From Octopus vulgaris (taxonomy: Eukaryota): DNA of 64,000 nt. This document shows, piece after piece, positions 12,314 to 26,699 of the stretch. Every line of letters begins with the position of its first letter. Positions within the stretch are counted from its first letter, which is position 1. Both the position numbers and the translations under genes were made by a program. Where the stretch lies: the NCBI GenBank assembly GCA_951406725.2, contig OX597830.1, positions 48,298,001-48,362,000 on the forward strand, in the 5' to 3' direction. Under the pieces are notes generated by a model, which did no database searches, was not told the DNA's origin, and saw only the letters and a list, made by a program, of their open reading frames with translations.

Positions 12314-13090
12314 GTAAACAAATTTGAATCTTTTTGTGTTTATTTCATTCCTTGACTTGTATTCTATGTTTTAGTCCAAAGAGAGACAATACGGTTAGCA
12401 TTTGAAAATTGACTGCGATTTCTCTGGTCGATGTAGATAAGCGTGAGTTGATAAATAATTGTTTGCAGAGTTTTCATTCCGGAGAGTTAAAGTTCTAATA
12501 AAGTTTTGAGTGATGTGTTTAGCAGAAAATTTAGAAACGGATTGAGACACAAGATTACCGAGGAAGGAAGAGAAAATGTAAAGTTTTTTAAGACCTTTTT
12601 GTCATGTGACTAACAGAGAAGTTTCTCAATATATTTGATGATGAAAATATTGCATGTCTGGTGTGTAATATTTGTGTATGGATGACATCAGTTTGTGAGG
12701 GAGACGAAAAGGGATCTTAAAATAAAACAGAATATGATAAGAGTTTTTAAAATTACGCACAATAATTACACAAGATGCTTAACTGAATGTGTAACTCAGA
12801 TTTTATGTTTTAAAATATAAATCAAAGAAAATGGGAAAAAAGTAGGGTAACTTACTCACAAATGAGTGAAAACTCTCAAACTGGATCACATCAGAATTAC
12901 CCACAATCTTGAGTAACACTCTATATTTCTCTCTCTCTCTCTCTCACTTTTTCTATATATCGTCTTCTCTTTCTCTCTCTCTCTTTCTTTCTCTTTCTCT
13001 CTCCCTCATTCATTCTCTCTCCCCTCTCCATTCTCTCTCCCCTCTCCATTCTCTCTCTTCTCTTTCTTTTCTATATCTGTTATTCATGTC

Positions 13091-14130
13091 CAGAGTGCCC
13101 CAGAACGATTTACCCGTGTGTAAAACTCTTCCTAAAGAATATCGGTTCAGGTAATATCTACATTTAACGTAAAGATTTGGTTATGTCTTTTGTTCGTGTG
13201 TCTATTGTTTCGTTCGTCTAAAATTGGTTTGCAAACAAACATGGCGTCGAAAGCAAAACATGACGAGATTGTTGCTTTGAGAGCAGCTAGAGTGAGAAGC
13301 GATGACATAACAAAACGGTTGAATGTGTGTTGTAAAACTGTTCAATACCTGGAAACAATATATGGAGTCCGCTACAACTTCTAGCAAGCCAATTCCTGGT
13401 AGGAAGCGAACAATTGGAATATTGAAGCTGTGAAGAAACGAATGGACGGAAATCCCCGCAGTATGCAAGAAAAGCTGCAACAGCTCTTGATATTTCGAAA
13501 TCGTCAATGAACAGGATTTTTAAAGAGGATTTAAAACTTGCTGCAAAAAAGAAATAATCCAAGCGGTCAATTTCAGCAACATCCAAGAAGAAACGGCTCG
13601 ACAGGGGTAAAACTATGTTAGCTGAGATGAAGCGTGCCACTAACAAAGTGCTGATATGGTCCGATGAGAAACTATTCACCGTGGAGGCAGTTCCCAATAG
13701 AATGACAGGCTTTATGCATATAATGCAGGGGACTTGCCCGACGGTAACAGGATTCGTATACGCCATCAGAAGACAGCTTCTCTCATAGTGTGGGTTACAG
13801 ATGCATCAAATGGGTCCAAGCCTCCATTGATCTTCATCGATTCTGGGCGTCAAGGATAACAGTGAGGCTTATTTGGAAATGTTGGATGAGATAGTGTTCA
13901 CAGAAACCTTTGGTGACCGTTACACCTTCACTCTAGACAGGGCTCCGGCCCACACATCCAATTTGGGACAGAGGTGGTTTAAAGAGCATTTCAACGGTTT
14001 TGGAGACAAGAAAATACGGCCTCTCCTAAGTCTAGATGTCAATCCCATGGACTTTGCAATTTTAGGTATCTGAAAGAGTAATGTTTCTGCACGTTCCTAC
14101 TCAAATGTGTCAGAACTCAAGAGAGATCTT
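13091..14130 (+). mobile_element. Degenerate Tc1/maT-like DNA transposon
   Basis: WSDEKLFTV, FTLDRAPAHTS and DVNPMDFAI catalytic-motif remnants across frameshifts. Confidence 0.75.
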
Positions 14131-14929
14131 CTGTCTTTATGGGTCAATTTTTTAATTGCTTTTTTTTCATTTCTGTACATATCATTATGTCTTCTTGGGC
14201 TTCTATATTTATTAACGTATCTTGGATTTCATGCAGCCACTCCGCTTCATCATTGAATATTTACCTGATTATTCTGGCCTTGCCAAAGACACAAACCTTT
14301 TGTTACAGTTCTACTAAGCCCTTTTTCCAATGTCTTTTATACCTCTCATGGTGCCTTCTGAAAATGTCCCCAAGGACCCAACAATAATTGGAACTATCTT
14401 CACCTTCTGCATTTCCCATAACCGAGCTTTTTCGTACTTAACAAGTGTTGTATTTATTTATTTTATCGCCTTCTTTCTTGACTATTCGTGAGTCAAAGGA
14501 GTATGCAGCATCAACGATATAGCATATGCGGTCCACCACCACTATGTCCGGTCTGTTAGCTCTAGCACTTGATCTGTTTGGATTAAGAAATCCCACGTGA
14601 TTTTGCTAGTCTCCGATTCCACCACTCGAGCAGGAGTTCCAATCTCACACAGAAATGGGTAGAGACGATATTGTCCCCGAAAGGTTGGGTGGAAGTGGCG
14701 AATGCGTACATAGTTTCCCTCATCTATTACCACCTGACAACCGTCCATTGCCCTGCTTTGTAGCTGACCAAGCTAGAACGCTTAATATCCCGCCTTCTCT
14801 GGAAAAGACGTGTTCCCCTCGTCATACGGTTCTTTTGCTAACAACAGCCACAGAGTGGAGGACCGAGCGTGCCCTGGCTAATGATGTACAGATATACGCT
14901 GAGGCTACAACATCTCCAGCATTTTCTTA

Positions 14930-15978
14930 ACGGTGAACAGATGTGGTCACTGTTTGTCAAGTAGGATTTTCTGCAGCTCATGTCATTATCGGAGTTATAG
15001 TACTCAATGAAGCGTAGACCCAGAAAGGACGCGTGGCACTTGGAGTGTTAGCAAAAGCTCAGAGCCTCCTGTCAGTCGGGCAACGCAGTCAGAGGAAGTT
15101 CCACTGCGGAGTTTTATAGGGGATTAGTAGCGGGTAAGAATCACGTCATCCTTGTAGAAACTCTGGGCGTCAGAAGAGATCAACTAACTGATCATTTCCG
15201 GGGGACTAACAGGCCGAATCGTATGAATAAATTCCAAAATTCTATGGCCTGGATGTGCTATCGGGGAGCTCTGCCAGCTCCAAACAATCTCTGCAGACAC
15301 AAAAGTGCTGTCAGACTGGTTGGTTAGAGGTGTGCGCAGAACGACGAAACCGTCCTGTACGCACTCATCCAGTGTCCTTGCATTACTGACTTATGGAGCT
15401 TTGTCAAACGGTTGTTATCGCGTGTAGGACAGGTCCGGTTATCATCTGAGTCCATCGTGAAGATCGCCCGGATGCCGCATTCCTTTGACCAGGAAGAAAA
15501 GACAGTTTTCCTCTATCTGGTGGCTATGGCGAAAGCGGTTGACGAATCTGAGCAGACTGAAGACATATGCTTTCCTCTTGGGCCAAACCCTCATTGACTT
15601 TTTCAAGTTCCACTTAAAATGGTAAGTGAGGGTAGAAAAGGAAGTTCTGCTCCCCAGTAAATTTGACGAAAGGTGGGTGTATGTGATTAGGATGGTCCTA
15701 GTAAAGGGGCCTGCTCTGAACTTTCGTTTGTAAACCGGAGGAGTTGAGAAGGAGAGAGGCGCCTACTGAGTTGCACTGGCGGTCAGAATAACCAGGTAGT
15801 GTGGGGGTCTGTGGTTGTCCCTGTGAGGAGCTAACCCCTTTTGGGGAATTTTTATTGTTCAATTTTTTTGTTATCTATTTTCTGTTACTTATTGTATATA
15901 CGGCATTGTTCAACACCCCACTTGTCCCTTTGTGTTGTATTGTCCCTATTTTTATAAGAACGGTCCAATATAAGAAAG
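14930..15978 (+). mobile_element. L1/Tx1-like LINE 3' fragment
   Basis: homologous to 23810-24830; C..C...ET..HA...C zinc-finger remnant; ends at (TTA)n. Confidence 0.65.
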
Positions 15979-16016
15979 TATTACTATTATTATCATTATT
16001 ATTATTATTATTATTA

Positions 16017-16098
<82 letters not shown>

Positions 16099-16396
16099 CT
16101 TTATTATAATTATAAGAAAACTTACAGCTTATTTTGCTGGGTATGATGGAAAGTGTCAGCTGTCCACAAGCAGCGGACTAAGGTGACACATATTTACTGG
16201 TCATGCTTCAAGGACCCTGCGAAGAATTCTTGTAGTTCCAAGCAATGCTGATTTTTGTAGGCGTTCTACCTTCACACTTGCACCGATCTTTTTCAGCCAT
16301 GCTGGTAAGTTAGTGCTGATACTTCCAAGTGCATCAATTATCCTGGGTATCACGACTACTCTCCTCATTAACCACAACATTATTATTATTATTATA

Positions 16397-19300
16397 CAGT
16401 AGTTTTATTTTAATAGCGTGCTTTCACTTCACTACCGAGCGCAGCTCTGTGTGCCTTGGGTATGTGCTGTGATTTGTTGTGATGCTCTGATGGTTATTGT
16501 ATGGAAAGTGTTCTGCGTAGGATGTGTGCAGTGCCTAGTAGTGCAATTTTCTGTATGTTATATGTGTTTGTAAGTCCTGGTGTTTTTGTTATGTATTTGT
16601 CTGAATATTTTTTTATCATGCCTAATGCACCTACTATGATAGGAATTGTTTCCGTTTTCAGATTCCACATTCTAGTTACCTCTATTTCCAGGTCTTTGTA
16701 TTTTGAGAGTTTCTCCATTTCTTTTAGAGACACGTTGTCATCTGCCGGTATTGATACATCAATTAGAAAGCTTTTTTTTTTCTTCATGATCTCTGACAAC
16801 TATATCTGGTCTGTTGGCCTTAATTATTCTATCTGTGTGTATCGGCATATCCCAGAGTATGCTTGCTTTCTCGTTTTCTGTGACCTTTTCTGGTGTGTGC
16901 CTATACCATCTTTTTACTGTTGTTATTCCATAATGTTGGCATAGCTTCCAGTGTATGTAGGTTCCAACTCTGTCATGTCTGTGAATATATTCCTTCTTAG
17001 CCAGGACTGGGCAGCTAGAGATAATATGATTTATTGTTTCTTGTCCATCTCCACATATTCTGCAGTTACTTGTAATATTTCTTTTCATTGCATGTTTTTG
17101 GTAATTTCTGGTGGGGAGGCTTTGGTCTTGTGCTGCAAGTAAGAATCCCTCTGTTTCTGCTTTGAGTCCTGAGCTTCTCAACCATTGCTGGGATTTTTCT
17201 TTGTCTATTTCTTTTGCGTTTAGTTTAGTGCAGTATTTACCATGAAGGGGCTATTCTTGCCATCGTTTTATCATGGTTCGTTGCTGTTCTATTTTTAGTT
17301 TGGATTTCATTTGTTTTATAGCTTTTGTTGTTTCTTCATCATCTCCTTCTTCTTCTTCGTGTTTATTAGGTGGTATGATTTCTTGTTTGTATTTGTCAGC
17401 TTCCTTAAATACTGAGAACAGTTTTTTGTTTTGCTCGTGTTTTGCTTCTATCTGGATCAGTTTTCCTTCCTTCTGAAGTAGGTATTTTTGCAGTCCTATG
17501 GTGGTTATTTTATAGTAGTTCTCCAGCTGTATAAGGCCTCTACCACCTTCTATACGTTGTATATATAGTCTTTCTATGTCAGATTTTGGGTGATGCATCC
17601 TAGATCCTGTCAGTATTTTTCTTGTTTTCCAATCTATTTTGGACAGTTCATTTCGTGTCCAGTTAAGGATATTGTAGCTGTAACTTATAACTGGGACAGC
17701 TAAAGTGTTGATACCTATTATCTTTTTTTTAGCATTGAGCTCTGTTTTTAGTATTGATCTAACTCGTCTATAATATTCTTTTTTTATTTTCTCTTTCATT
17801 TATGTGTGTTGTGTCTTATCTAGTTCATGGATTCCTAAGTATTTGTAAGTTTGGCTTTGGTCTAATTCTTTTATTTCATCGGTTTTATCTAGTGTGATGT
17901 TGCTACTCTTAACTAGTTTTCCTCTTTTCATGGTTACTTTGGCGCATTTTTCTAATCCAAATTTCATATCTATTTCTTTGGTAAATCCATGAACTGTCTT
18001 TAATAGTGTTTCCAGCTGTTTGTCATTATATAAAAGGTGGCTGATCGTTTTGCCGTAACATTTATATCCGCATCCAGTTCTATTTAGCATATCAGATAGA
18101 GGTGACAGTGCCAAGCAGAAAAGGAGTGGAGAGAGTGTGTCTCCTTGGAATATTCCTCTTCTGATGGGGATGTCTTTGGTTTTCATGAGTCCCTCTTTTG
18201 TTTGGAGGTGTAGGACTGTTTGCCATTTATTCATAGGGTGCTCTATGAATTTTATGATTGTTGGTGCTACTTTGTTAATGGCTAGTGTTTCAAGGATCCA
18301 CGTGTGGGGGATGCTATCAAACGCCTTTTTGTAGTCAATCCAGGCCATACTGAGGCCTTTCTTCTTTCTGTGGCTGTCTTCAGTTACGGCTTTATTAATC
18401 ATTAGTTGATCTTTACAGCCATATGAGCCTTTGCGGCATCCTTTCTGCTCTTCTGGGAACAGTTTGTTTTCGTCCAGTTGCTTGTTCAGCCTTTGCGATA
18501 TCACTGCAGTAAATGCCTTGAACATAGTAGGGAGGCAGGTTATTGGTCTGTAGTTTTCTGCTTTTGCTGTTTCATTTGATTTGGGAATTAAGATGGTTTT
18601 CCCCTTCGTGAGCCATTCAGGCATTGTCTCTGGCTCTGCTAGTATGCTGTTAAAGTTTTCAGCCAGCTTTTTGTGCATTCCTGTTAGATATTTCAACCAG
18701 AAGTTGGGGATCTTGTCATGCCCAGGTGCCTTCCAGTTGCTTAGTCTTTGCAGTGCCTGGGTGACCTCTTCAGTTGTTATGGGGGTCCAAAGTTGTTCAG
18801 ATGCCGAGTTTGTTATTTTGATACTCCTTTTTTTGGCTGTTCGTTCGCCGACCATATTTCTCTCCAGAATTCTTCCAATTCTTCTGCCGTTGGTGCTGCA
18901 GTGACTTCTATTTTATTTTTTCCCAGATCTTGGTAGAACTTTTTGGGGTTGGTGTTGAACTTTTTGTTCTGTTCAAAGAAGCGTTGGCGTTTCTCGTACC
19001 GGCGGATCCTTTGAGCTTTGGCAAGGATATCTTGCTTCAGCTTTTCTTTTATCTCCGGCAAATCATTTTCTGTGATGTTATATTTGCGGAGCATTTTTGT
19101 TCTCTTTTTGTTGCTCAGTAGCGTTGATTGTTTGCTGATTTCGTTAAGAATCGACAGGTCTTTTCTAATTTTTTTTATTTTGTTTTGGATGTTATTTATC
19201 CACAGGGTTTGTTTGGGTGGTGGTACTCCTGTTTGGGCGGGTTTGGGTGAGTATTCAGCTTCTTTTGTGGCTGCAGTGGCTGCTGCGTATATCAAGTCAT

Positions 19301-19441
19301 TCAGTTCAGTGATATCACTTTTTTTTGTTTCAGTGGCTAGTTCAGTGACGGCTAGGTTTATGCTGTTTATAATTGGTGTTGTTATTTCGTTTATTTTTAT
19401 TCTTGGGAGGTATGGTCGGTGGTCCATTTTGGGCTTTGTGG

Positions 19442-19443
<2 letters not shown>
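16397..19443 (-). mobile_element. R4/Dong-like RLE non-LTR retrotransposon, 5'-truncated, inactive
   Basis: RT (NYRPITCL, IDYKKAFDS, RGIFQGDTLSPLLF), CCHC finger CRICGDGQETINHIISSC, RPDIV/IDV endonuclease; flanked by (TAA)n; YxDD motif deleted, stops and frameshifts. Confidence 0.9.
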
Positions 19444-19517
<74 letters not shown>

Positions 19518-19520
<3 letters not shown>

Positions 19521-20303
19521 TAGTTTTATTTTTATAGCGTGCTTTCACTTCACTACCGAGCGCAGCTCTGTGTGCCTTGGGTATGTGCTGTGATTTGTTG
19601 TGATGCTCTGATGGTTATTGTATGGAAAGTGTTCTGCGTAGGATGTGTGCAGTGCCTAGTAGTGCAATTTTCTGTATGTTATATGTGTTTGTAAGTCCTG
19701 GTGTTTTTGTTATGTATTTGTCTGAATATTTTTTTATCATGCCTAATGCACCTACTATGATAGGAATTGTTTCCGTTTTCAGATTCCACATTCTAGTTAC
19801 CTCTATTTCCAGGTCTTTGTATTTTGAGATTTTCTCCATTTCTTTTAGAGACACGTTGTCATCTGCCGGTATTGATACATCAATTAGAAAGCATTTTTTT
19901 TCTTCATGATCTCTGACAACTATATCTGGTCTGTTGGCCTTAATTTCTCTATCTGTGTGTATCGGCATATCCCAGAGTATGGTTGCTTTCTCGTTTTCTG
20001 TGACCTTTTCTGGTGTGTGCCTATACCATCTTTTTCTCTGTTGTTATTCCATAATGTTGGCATAGCTTCCAGTGTATGTAGGTTCCAACTCTGTCATGTC
20101 TGTGAATATATTCCTTCTTAGCCAGGACTGGGCAGCTAGAGATAATATGATTTATTGTTTCTTGTCCATCTCCACATATTCTGCAGTTACTTGTAATATT
20201 TCTTTTCATTACATGTTTTTGGTAATTTCTGGTGGGGAGGCTTTGGTCTTGTGCTGCAATTAAAAATCCCTCTGTTTCTGCTTTGAGTCCTGAGCTTCTC
20301 AGC

Positions 20304-20305
<2 letters not shown>
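19518..20305 (-). mobile_element. Same LINE family, short 3' copy
   Basis: near-identical 3' end and RLE domain; flanked by (TAA)n. Confidence 0.9.
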
Positions 20306-20388
<83 letters not shown>

Positions 20389-20567
20389 GTCGTTGTTGTT
20401 GTTCTTCTTCTTCTTCTTGTCGTCGTCGTCGAGGTAAAACGTGTTTTGAACGCTCAGTATGTTTGAATTGTTTTCTTGTGTATTTTTGAAGGTTGTTGGC
20501 TGTTATGTAAGTGTTTTTGTTTTCTAAACCCCTATTGGTGTACAGAAGGGATTCTTTTCCGTTAAGA

Positions 20568-21875
20568 GTTCTGTCGGTCAGTACCTATTTCTTTAATACC
20601 CACAAGCGGCTAAACATAGAGAGGACATACAAACGGATTAAGTCGATTATATCGACCCCAGTGCGTAACTGGTATTTAATTTATCTACCCCGAAAGGATG
20701 AAAGGCAAAGTCGACCTCGGCGGAATTTGAACTCAGAACGTAACGTTAGACAAAATACCTATTTCTTCACTACCCACAAGGGGCTAAACATAGAGGGGAC
20801 AAACAAGGTCAGACCTATGTATTAAGTCAATTACGTCGACCTCAGTGCGTAACTGGTACTTATTTAATTGACCCCGAAAGGATGAAAGGCAAAGTCGACC
20901 ACGGCAGAATTCGAACTCAGAACGTAACCGCAGCCGAAATACCTATTTCTTTACTACCCACAAGGGGCTAAACATAGAGGGGACAAAGAAGGACAGACAA
21001 ACGGATTAAGTCGATTACATCGACCTCAGTGCGTAACTGCTACTTATTTAATTGACTCCGAAAGGATGAAAGGCAAAGTCGACCACGGCAGAATTCGAAC
21101 TCAGAACGTAACCGCAGACGAAATACCTATTTCTTTACTACCCACAAGGGGCTAAACACAGAGGGGACAAAGAAGGACAGACAAACGGATTAAGTCGATT
21201 ATATCGACCCCAGTGCATAACTGGTACTTAGTTAATCGACCCCGAAAGGATGAAAGGCAAAGTCGACCTCGGCAGAATTTGAACTCAGAACGTAGTGGCA
21301 GACGAAATACCGCAAAGCATTTCGCCCGGCGTGCTAACGTTTCTGCCAACTCCCAGCTTTTCTGACGGTTAGTACCTATTTCTTTATTAACCACAAGGGG
21401 CTGAACATAGAGGGGACAAACATGGACAGACATAGGTATTAAGTCGATTATATCGACCCCAGTGCTTAACTGGTACTTAATTTATCGACCCCGAAAGGAT
21501 GAAAGGCAAAGTCGACCTCGGCGGAATTTGAACTCACAACGTAACGGCAGACGAAATACCGCGAAGCATTTCGCCCGACGTGCTAACGTTTCTGCCAACT
21601 CCCAGCTTTTCTGACGGTTAGTACCTATTTCTTTATTACCCACAAGGGGCTAAACACAGAGGGGACAAACAAGGACAGACATAGGTATTAAGTCGATTAC
21701 ATCGACCCCAGTGCGTAACTGGTACTTAATTTATCGACCCCGAAAGGATGAAAGGCAAAGTCGACCTCGGCGGAATTTGAACTCACAACGTAACGGCAGA
21801 CGAAATACCGCGAAGCATTTCGCCCGACGTGCTAACGTTTCTGCCAACTCCCAGCTTTTCTGACGGTTAGTACCT
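20568..21875 (-). repeat. Head-to-tail tandem array of six tRNA-derived SINE units
   Basis: units start about 20582, 20756, 20940, 21124, 21372, 21622; minus-strand B box gagttcaaattcc plus core gtcgactttgcctttcatcctttcggggtcg. Confidence 0.9.
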
Positions 21876-21889
21876 CGACGATTTATCCT

Positions 21890-24835
21890 CTGAACAGCAC
21901 AAAGAACAGTACCAACACCACTAACTGCACCTACACAACCATTAACACTGGAAAAGAAAAAAAGTCAAGAAAACGCCGCCAAAGCCACCGCTATGAACAA
22001 GAGAAACAACAAAGAAAATACAATCACAAACGCAAATGACAAATCCAATAGACACGGTTTCGCTTCTGCAGCGAAACAAACAAGAGAAACGATAAACGTC
22101 CCATTAGAGGATTTAAAAAATTTCAAGGGGCTTTTAGTGAGACAAGGTAATAATGTCTCTCTAAATACCCCGAAAGAAATTGTTCTAGACACAAACAGAA
22201 GAAGCATTACGTACAAATGTATAAACAAACAAAAAAGTCATTGGAACGAGCAACACAAGAATAACTGGAACTAATTCTGAAACCAATTGGAAGAAGAAAG
22301 CATAAGTGAACGTGGAAAATGGTTCGGTACTGTGGAAGTGCACTACGCAACGGAAGAAGCAAGAAAACATTCCACAGTGCCACTATTTTCAGAAGACATT
22401 ATCGTCGTGCCGACATGTCTTGGTCGGCACGTCACCAAAATTAATATTGGCCGGGGGGGGGGGGAGTACCCCTGAAATAAACATATGTTGGCTGATGGCC
22501 TCTGTCTTCTATGATATAGAGGATACGGCCGCGATCCATTCTAAATTTATTTTAACTTGGTGATGCTCAGAATAGCTTTATAGAGGCCAGGGGCCTCGGA
22601 TCACCTTGGAAACAACGTCACCTTTTAAATTACCTGAGGTCACTTACTGTAAATGTTGCAGTCATTAGTGAATCCAGATATCCGACCCAAGGAGATTTTT
22701 CTATCTCCGTGTCGGCCTGGGTGGTGTAATAGTAAAACTGTGGTGCTTTTCTGGAAGGGTCCGTATTTGAATATAAGGGCAGTCTTCCTGGATTCAGAAG
22801 GTAAGTTGGTGGTCCTAGATATCAACAGCAGTGACGGCGGGGCTTTCAGACTGGTGGCTCTACAGGGGCAGGGTGGTCTGATTACTTCAAGCGTCTGGAG
22901 TACGTCTCGAACATTCGTACTAGTAGGGGATTAGAACGCTGTCTTAGATGGATGTTTCGATTGCGTAGGAGATTCTTATAAGAGAGGTGGGGTGCAAAAA
23001 CCTCAAAAATCTACTCAGACATTATCCACTGTCTGCCGGGTACCGATTAGATTATCCGAATGTCCCAATGTGGACTTGAACAAACCGCATCTGGTTATCT
23101 AGATCGTATCTAGATAGAGTATTGTGTAAGCCAGCGGACAAGGATATCATCGGGTGTTCATAATTTCACATGGTCAACTACACAGACCACAAATTTGTGA
23201 TCTGTACAGTCGACTTGGATAGGCTTCATAGACACGGTCCCGGTTACTGGAAGCCGAACACGGCGTGAGGTTGACCCTCGACCAATTTTTCGACGCCAAA
23301 CACGAAAGCTGCGGAAAGGGAATGATAGCGTAACGATAGGCCCGCGTGACGGAGGTGAAAAGTGACAATAAAGGCACCATTCGGTCTTTGGTGGACCAGG
23401 AAGGATACAAGGTGTTCGAACCGAAAGAGACGGGCCCATTAAATTGCATTGCTCGGAATCTAGTTTGGTCCAGACCTTCAGGTGCAGAAAAACTGGGACG
23501 AGGTGACGAGGAAGGTAGCCAACCTAACCCAGACATGGGCCTATAGGGAGCTGCTTCAGAGCGGTCGAGGGGAGGAGGCGAATGTGTACATCGCATTTGT
23601 CATATTTTACCACTTGACCGTCGTCCCTTGCCCCGTTTGCTGGTTGACCAACCTGGTGCGTTTACTCTTCCCTCTTCTGTGGAAGGCGCGCGTTCCACCG
23701 GTCAGGAGCTCCATCTACTGTCAACAGTCACTGAATGGAGGGCTTGGCATGCCGTGGTTACTAATTCGCAGACATTCATTGAGTTTGCGGCATCACCAGC
23801 GTTTCCTTGACGGTGAGCAGGTCTGGTCACTGCTTGTCAGGTACATTTTTTCACAGACCGTCCCTTTGACTGAGCTGCAAACCTGGATTATGCGTAGACC
23901 GAAGAGGGGGTGCTTGTCTACGCCCTCCGCCAGGTGAACAATGAGGTCAGTGTAGTTTCACTCTAGCGTTCTATAGAGGGCTAGTGGAAGGATATCGCGA
24001 CGACGTTCTCGGGGAAACTCTAGGCATCGATGAAGATCAACGAAATAGTCTGTTTCGGAGAACTTTCTGGCCTAGGCCTATGAATAAGTTCGAGAAGTCC
24101 CTTGCCTGGCAGTGCCACCGAGGGGCGTTGACTGTTTGAGATAAACTTTACAGGTACGGAAGTGCCGTCAGCCAGGCCTGCTCGAAGTGTGCCCAGAATG
24201 ATGAAACCTTTCTACACGCCCTCGTCCAGTGACCGAATATTGCTGACCTCTGTGGGTTTATGTCGAACACCTGCTGTCCCGTGTTGGACGGATCCGCTAT
24301 CAGCTGAATCCATAGTGAGGATTACACCACCACCCTCCTTTGGCTGGGAGGAGCAGGCAATTTTTATTTTAGTGGCTGTAGCGAAATCGGTAGTATGGTG
24401 GACTCGTCTGAAAGGGCTAAAGTCAGAGACTTTCCTCTTTGGCCAAGCCCTAACCAACTTTTTCAAGTTTCATTTGAAATGGAATTTGGGGGTGGAGAGG
24501 GAAGTGTTGCCTTGTAGTAATTGTGTTGAAAGGAGGGTGAATGTTGGAAGAATGTCCAGTGCAAAAAGACCAATTCTGAGCGCGCACCTGTAAACAATAA
24601 AAGGGAATTAAAGAAGGGCTCTTGCCCTATTGATCAGGCACCCGTGGCTTTTGTGGGGTTTTCCACGAGGATCTTAAAGCGCCTCCCCTATTGGAAGTTT
24701 TTTTATTTGTTTGATTTACTTGTTATTTATTGTTTACACGCCGTAAAACCCATTGTGTCGTCCCGTTTTTGTCTGTTATGTTGTTGCATGTCATTCAATG
24801 TTATTTTATGTGAGCGATCATGGCTAATAAAATAA
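21890..24835 (+). mobile_element. Decayed L1/Tx1-like LINE (ORF1 remnant, APE endonuclease, internally deleted RT, C-terminal zinc finger)
   Basis: LVGD*NA, SYLDR and TDHK endonuclease motifs; NGGLGMP RT thumb motif; AATAAA at 24826. Confidence 0.7.
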
Positions 24836-24868
24836 TTTATTACTATTATCATTATCATTATTATTATT

Positions 24869-26496
24869 CAGTAGTTTTATTTTTATAGCGTGCTTTCACT
24901 TCACTACCGAGCGCAGCTCTGTGTGCCTTGGGTATGTGCTGTGATTTGTTGTGATGCTCTGATGGTTATTGTATGGAAAGTGTTCTGCGTAGGATGTGTG
25001 CAGTGCCTAGTAGTGCAATTTTCTGTATGTTATATGTGTTTGTAAGTCCTGGTGTTTTTGTTATGTATTTGTCTGAATATTTTTTTATCATGCCTAATGC
25101 ACCTACTATGATAGGAATTGTTTCCGTTTTCAGATTCCACATTCTAGTTACCTCTATTTCCAGGTCTTTGTATTTTGAGAGTTTCTCCATTTCTTTTAGA
25201 GACACGTTGTCATCTGCCGGTATTGATACATCAATTAGAAAGCTTTTTTTTTTCTTCATGATCTCTGACAACTATATCTGGTCTGTTGGCCTTAATTTTC
25301 TATCTGTGTGTATCGGCATATCCCAGAGTATGGTTGCTTTCTCGTTTTCTGTGACCTTTTCTGGTGTGTGCCTATACCATCTTTTTACTGTTGTTATTCC
25401 ATAATGTTGGCATAGCTTCCAGTGTATGTAGGTTCCAACTCTGTCATGTCTGTGAATATATTCCTTCTTAGCCAGGACTGGGCAGCTAGAGATAATATGA
25501 TTTATTGTTTCTTGTCCATCTCCACATATTCTGCAGTTACTTGTAATATTTCTTTTCATTACATGTTTTTGTTAATTTCTGGTGGGGAGGCTTTGGTCTT
25601 GTGCTGCAATTAAGAATCCCTCTGTTTCTGCTTTGAGTCCTGAGCTTCTCAACCATTGCTGGGATTTTTCTTTGTCTATTTCTTTTGCGTTTAGTTTAGT
25701 GCAGTATTTACCATGAAGGGGCTATTCTTGCCATCGTTTTATCATGGTTCGTTGCTGTTCTATTTTTAGTTTGGATTTCATTTGTTTTATAGCTTTTGTT
25801 GTTTCTTCATCATCTCCTTCTTCTTCTTCGTGTTTATTAGGTGGTATGATTTCTTGTTTGTATTTGTCAGCTTCCTTAAATACTGAGAACAGTTTTTTGT
25901 TTTGCTCGTGTTTTGCTTCTATCTGGATCAGTTTTCCTTCCTTCTGAAGTAGGTATTTTTGCAGTCCTATGGTGGTTATTTTATAGTAGTTCTCCAGCTG
26001 TATAAGGCCTCTACCACATTCTATACGTTGTATATATAGTCTTTCTATGTCAGATTTTGGGTGATGCATCCTAGATCCTGTCAGTATTTTTCTTGTTTTC
26101 CAATCTATTTTGGACAGTTCATTTCGTGTCCAGTTAAGGATATTGTAGCTGTAACTTATAACTGGGACAGCTAAAGTGTTGATACCTATTATCTTGTTTT
26201 TAGCATTGAGCTCTGTTTTTAGTATTGATCTAACTCGTCTATAATATTCTTTTTTTATTTTCTCTTTCATTTGTGTGTTGTGTCTTATCTAGTTCATGGA
26301 TTCCTAAGTATTTGTAAGTTTGGCTTTGGTCTAATTCTTTTATTTCATCGGTTTTATCTAGTGTGATGTTGCTACTCTTAACTAGTTTTCCTCTTTTCAT
26401 GGTTACTTTGGCGCATTTTTCTAATCCAAATTTCATATCTATTTCTTTGGTAAATCCATGAACTGTCTTTAATAGTGTTTCCAGCTGTTTGTCATT
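24869..26496 (-). mobile_element. R4/Dong-like LINE, 1.6 kb 3' copy
   Basis: near-identical to 16397-18027; flanked by (TAA)n, directly upstream of exon 4. Confidence 0.9.
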
Positions 26497-26509
26497 ATTA
26501 TTATTGTTA

Positions 26510-26614
<105 letters not shown>

Positions 26615-26699
26615 TTATCCTCACTTTTATCATCACAATATTAGCACAATATTGATATTTATTAAAGAGTAGAAAATATATCTATTATTTCTCATTATT

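Larger units (their letters stand above)
5911..12514. repeat. Segmental duplication block, paralogous to 40441-48119
   Basis: long stretches of near-identical sequence including exons 1-3, TEs and introns. Confidence 0.95.

Noticed and set aside
17800-18855. 351-aa functional reverse transcriptase
   Set aside because: Catalytic YxDD motif is deleted (SHLLY|NDKQL) and the ORF is broken on both sides.
20568-21875. CRISPR-like or retrozyme-like repeat array
   Set aside because: No unique spacers, eukaryotic context, units are SINE-derived; I found no hammerhead core on either strand.
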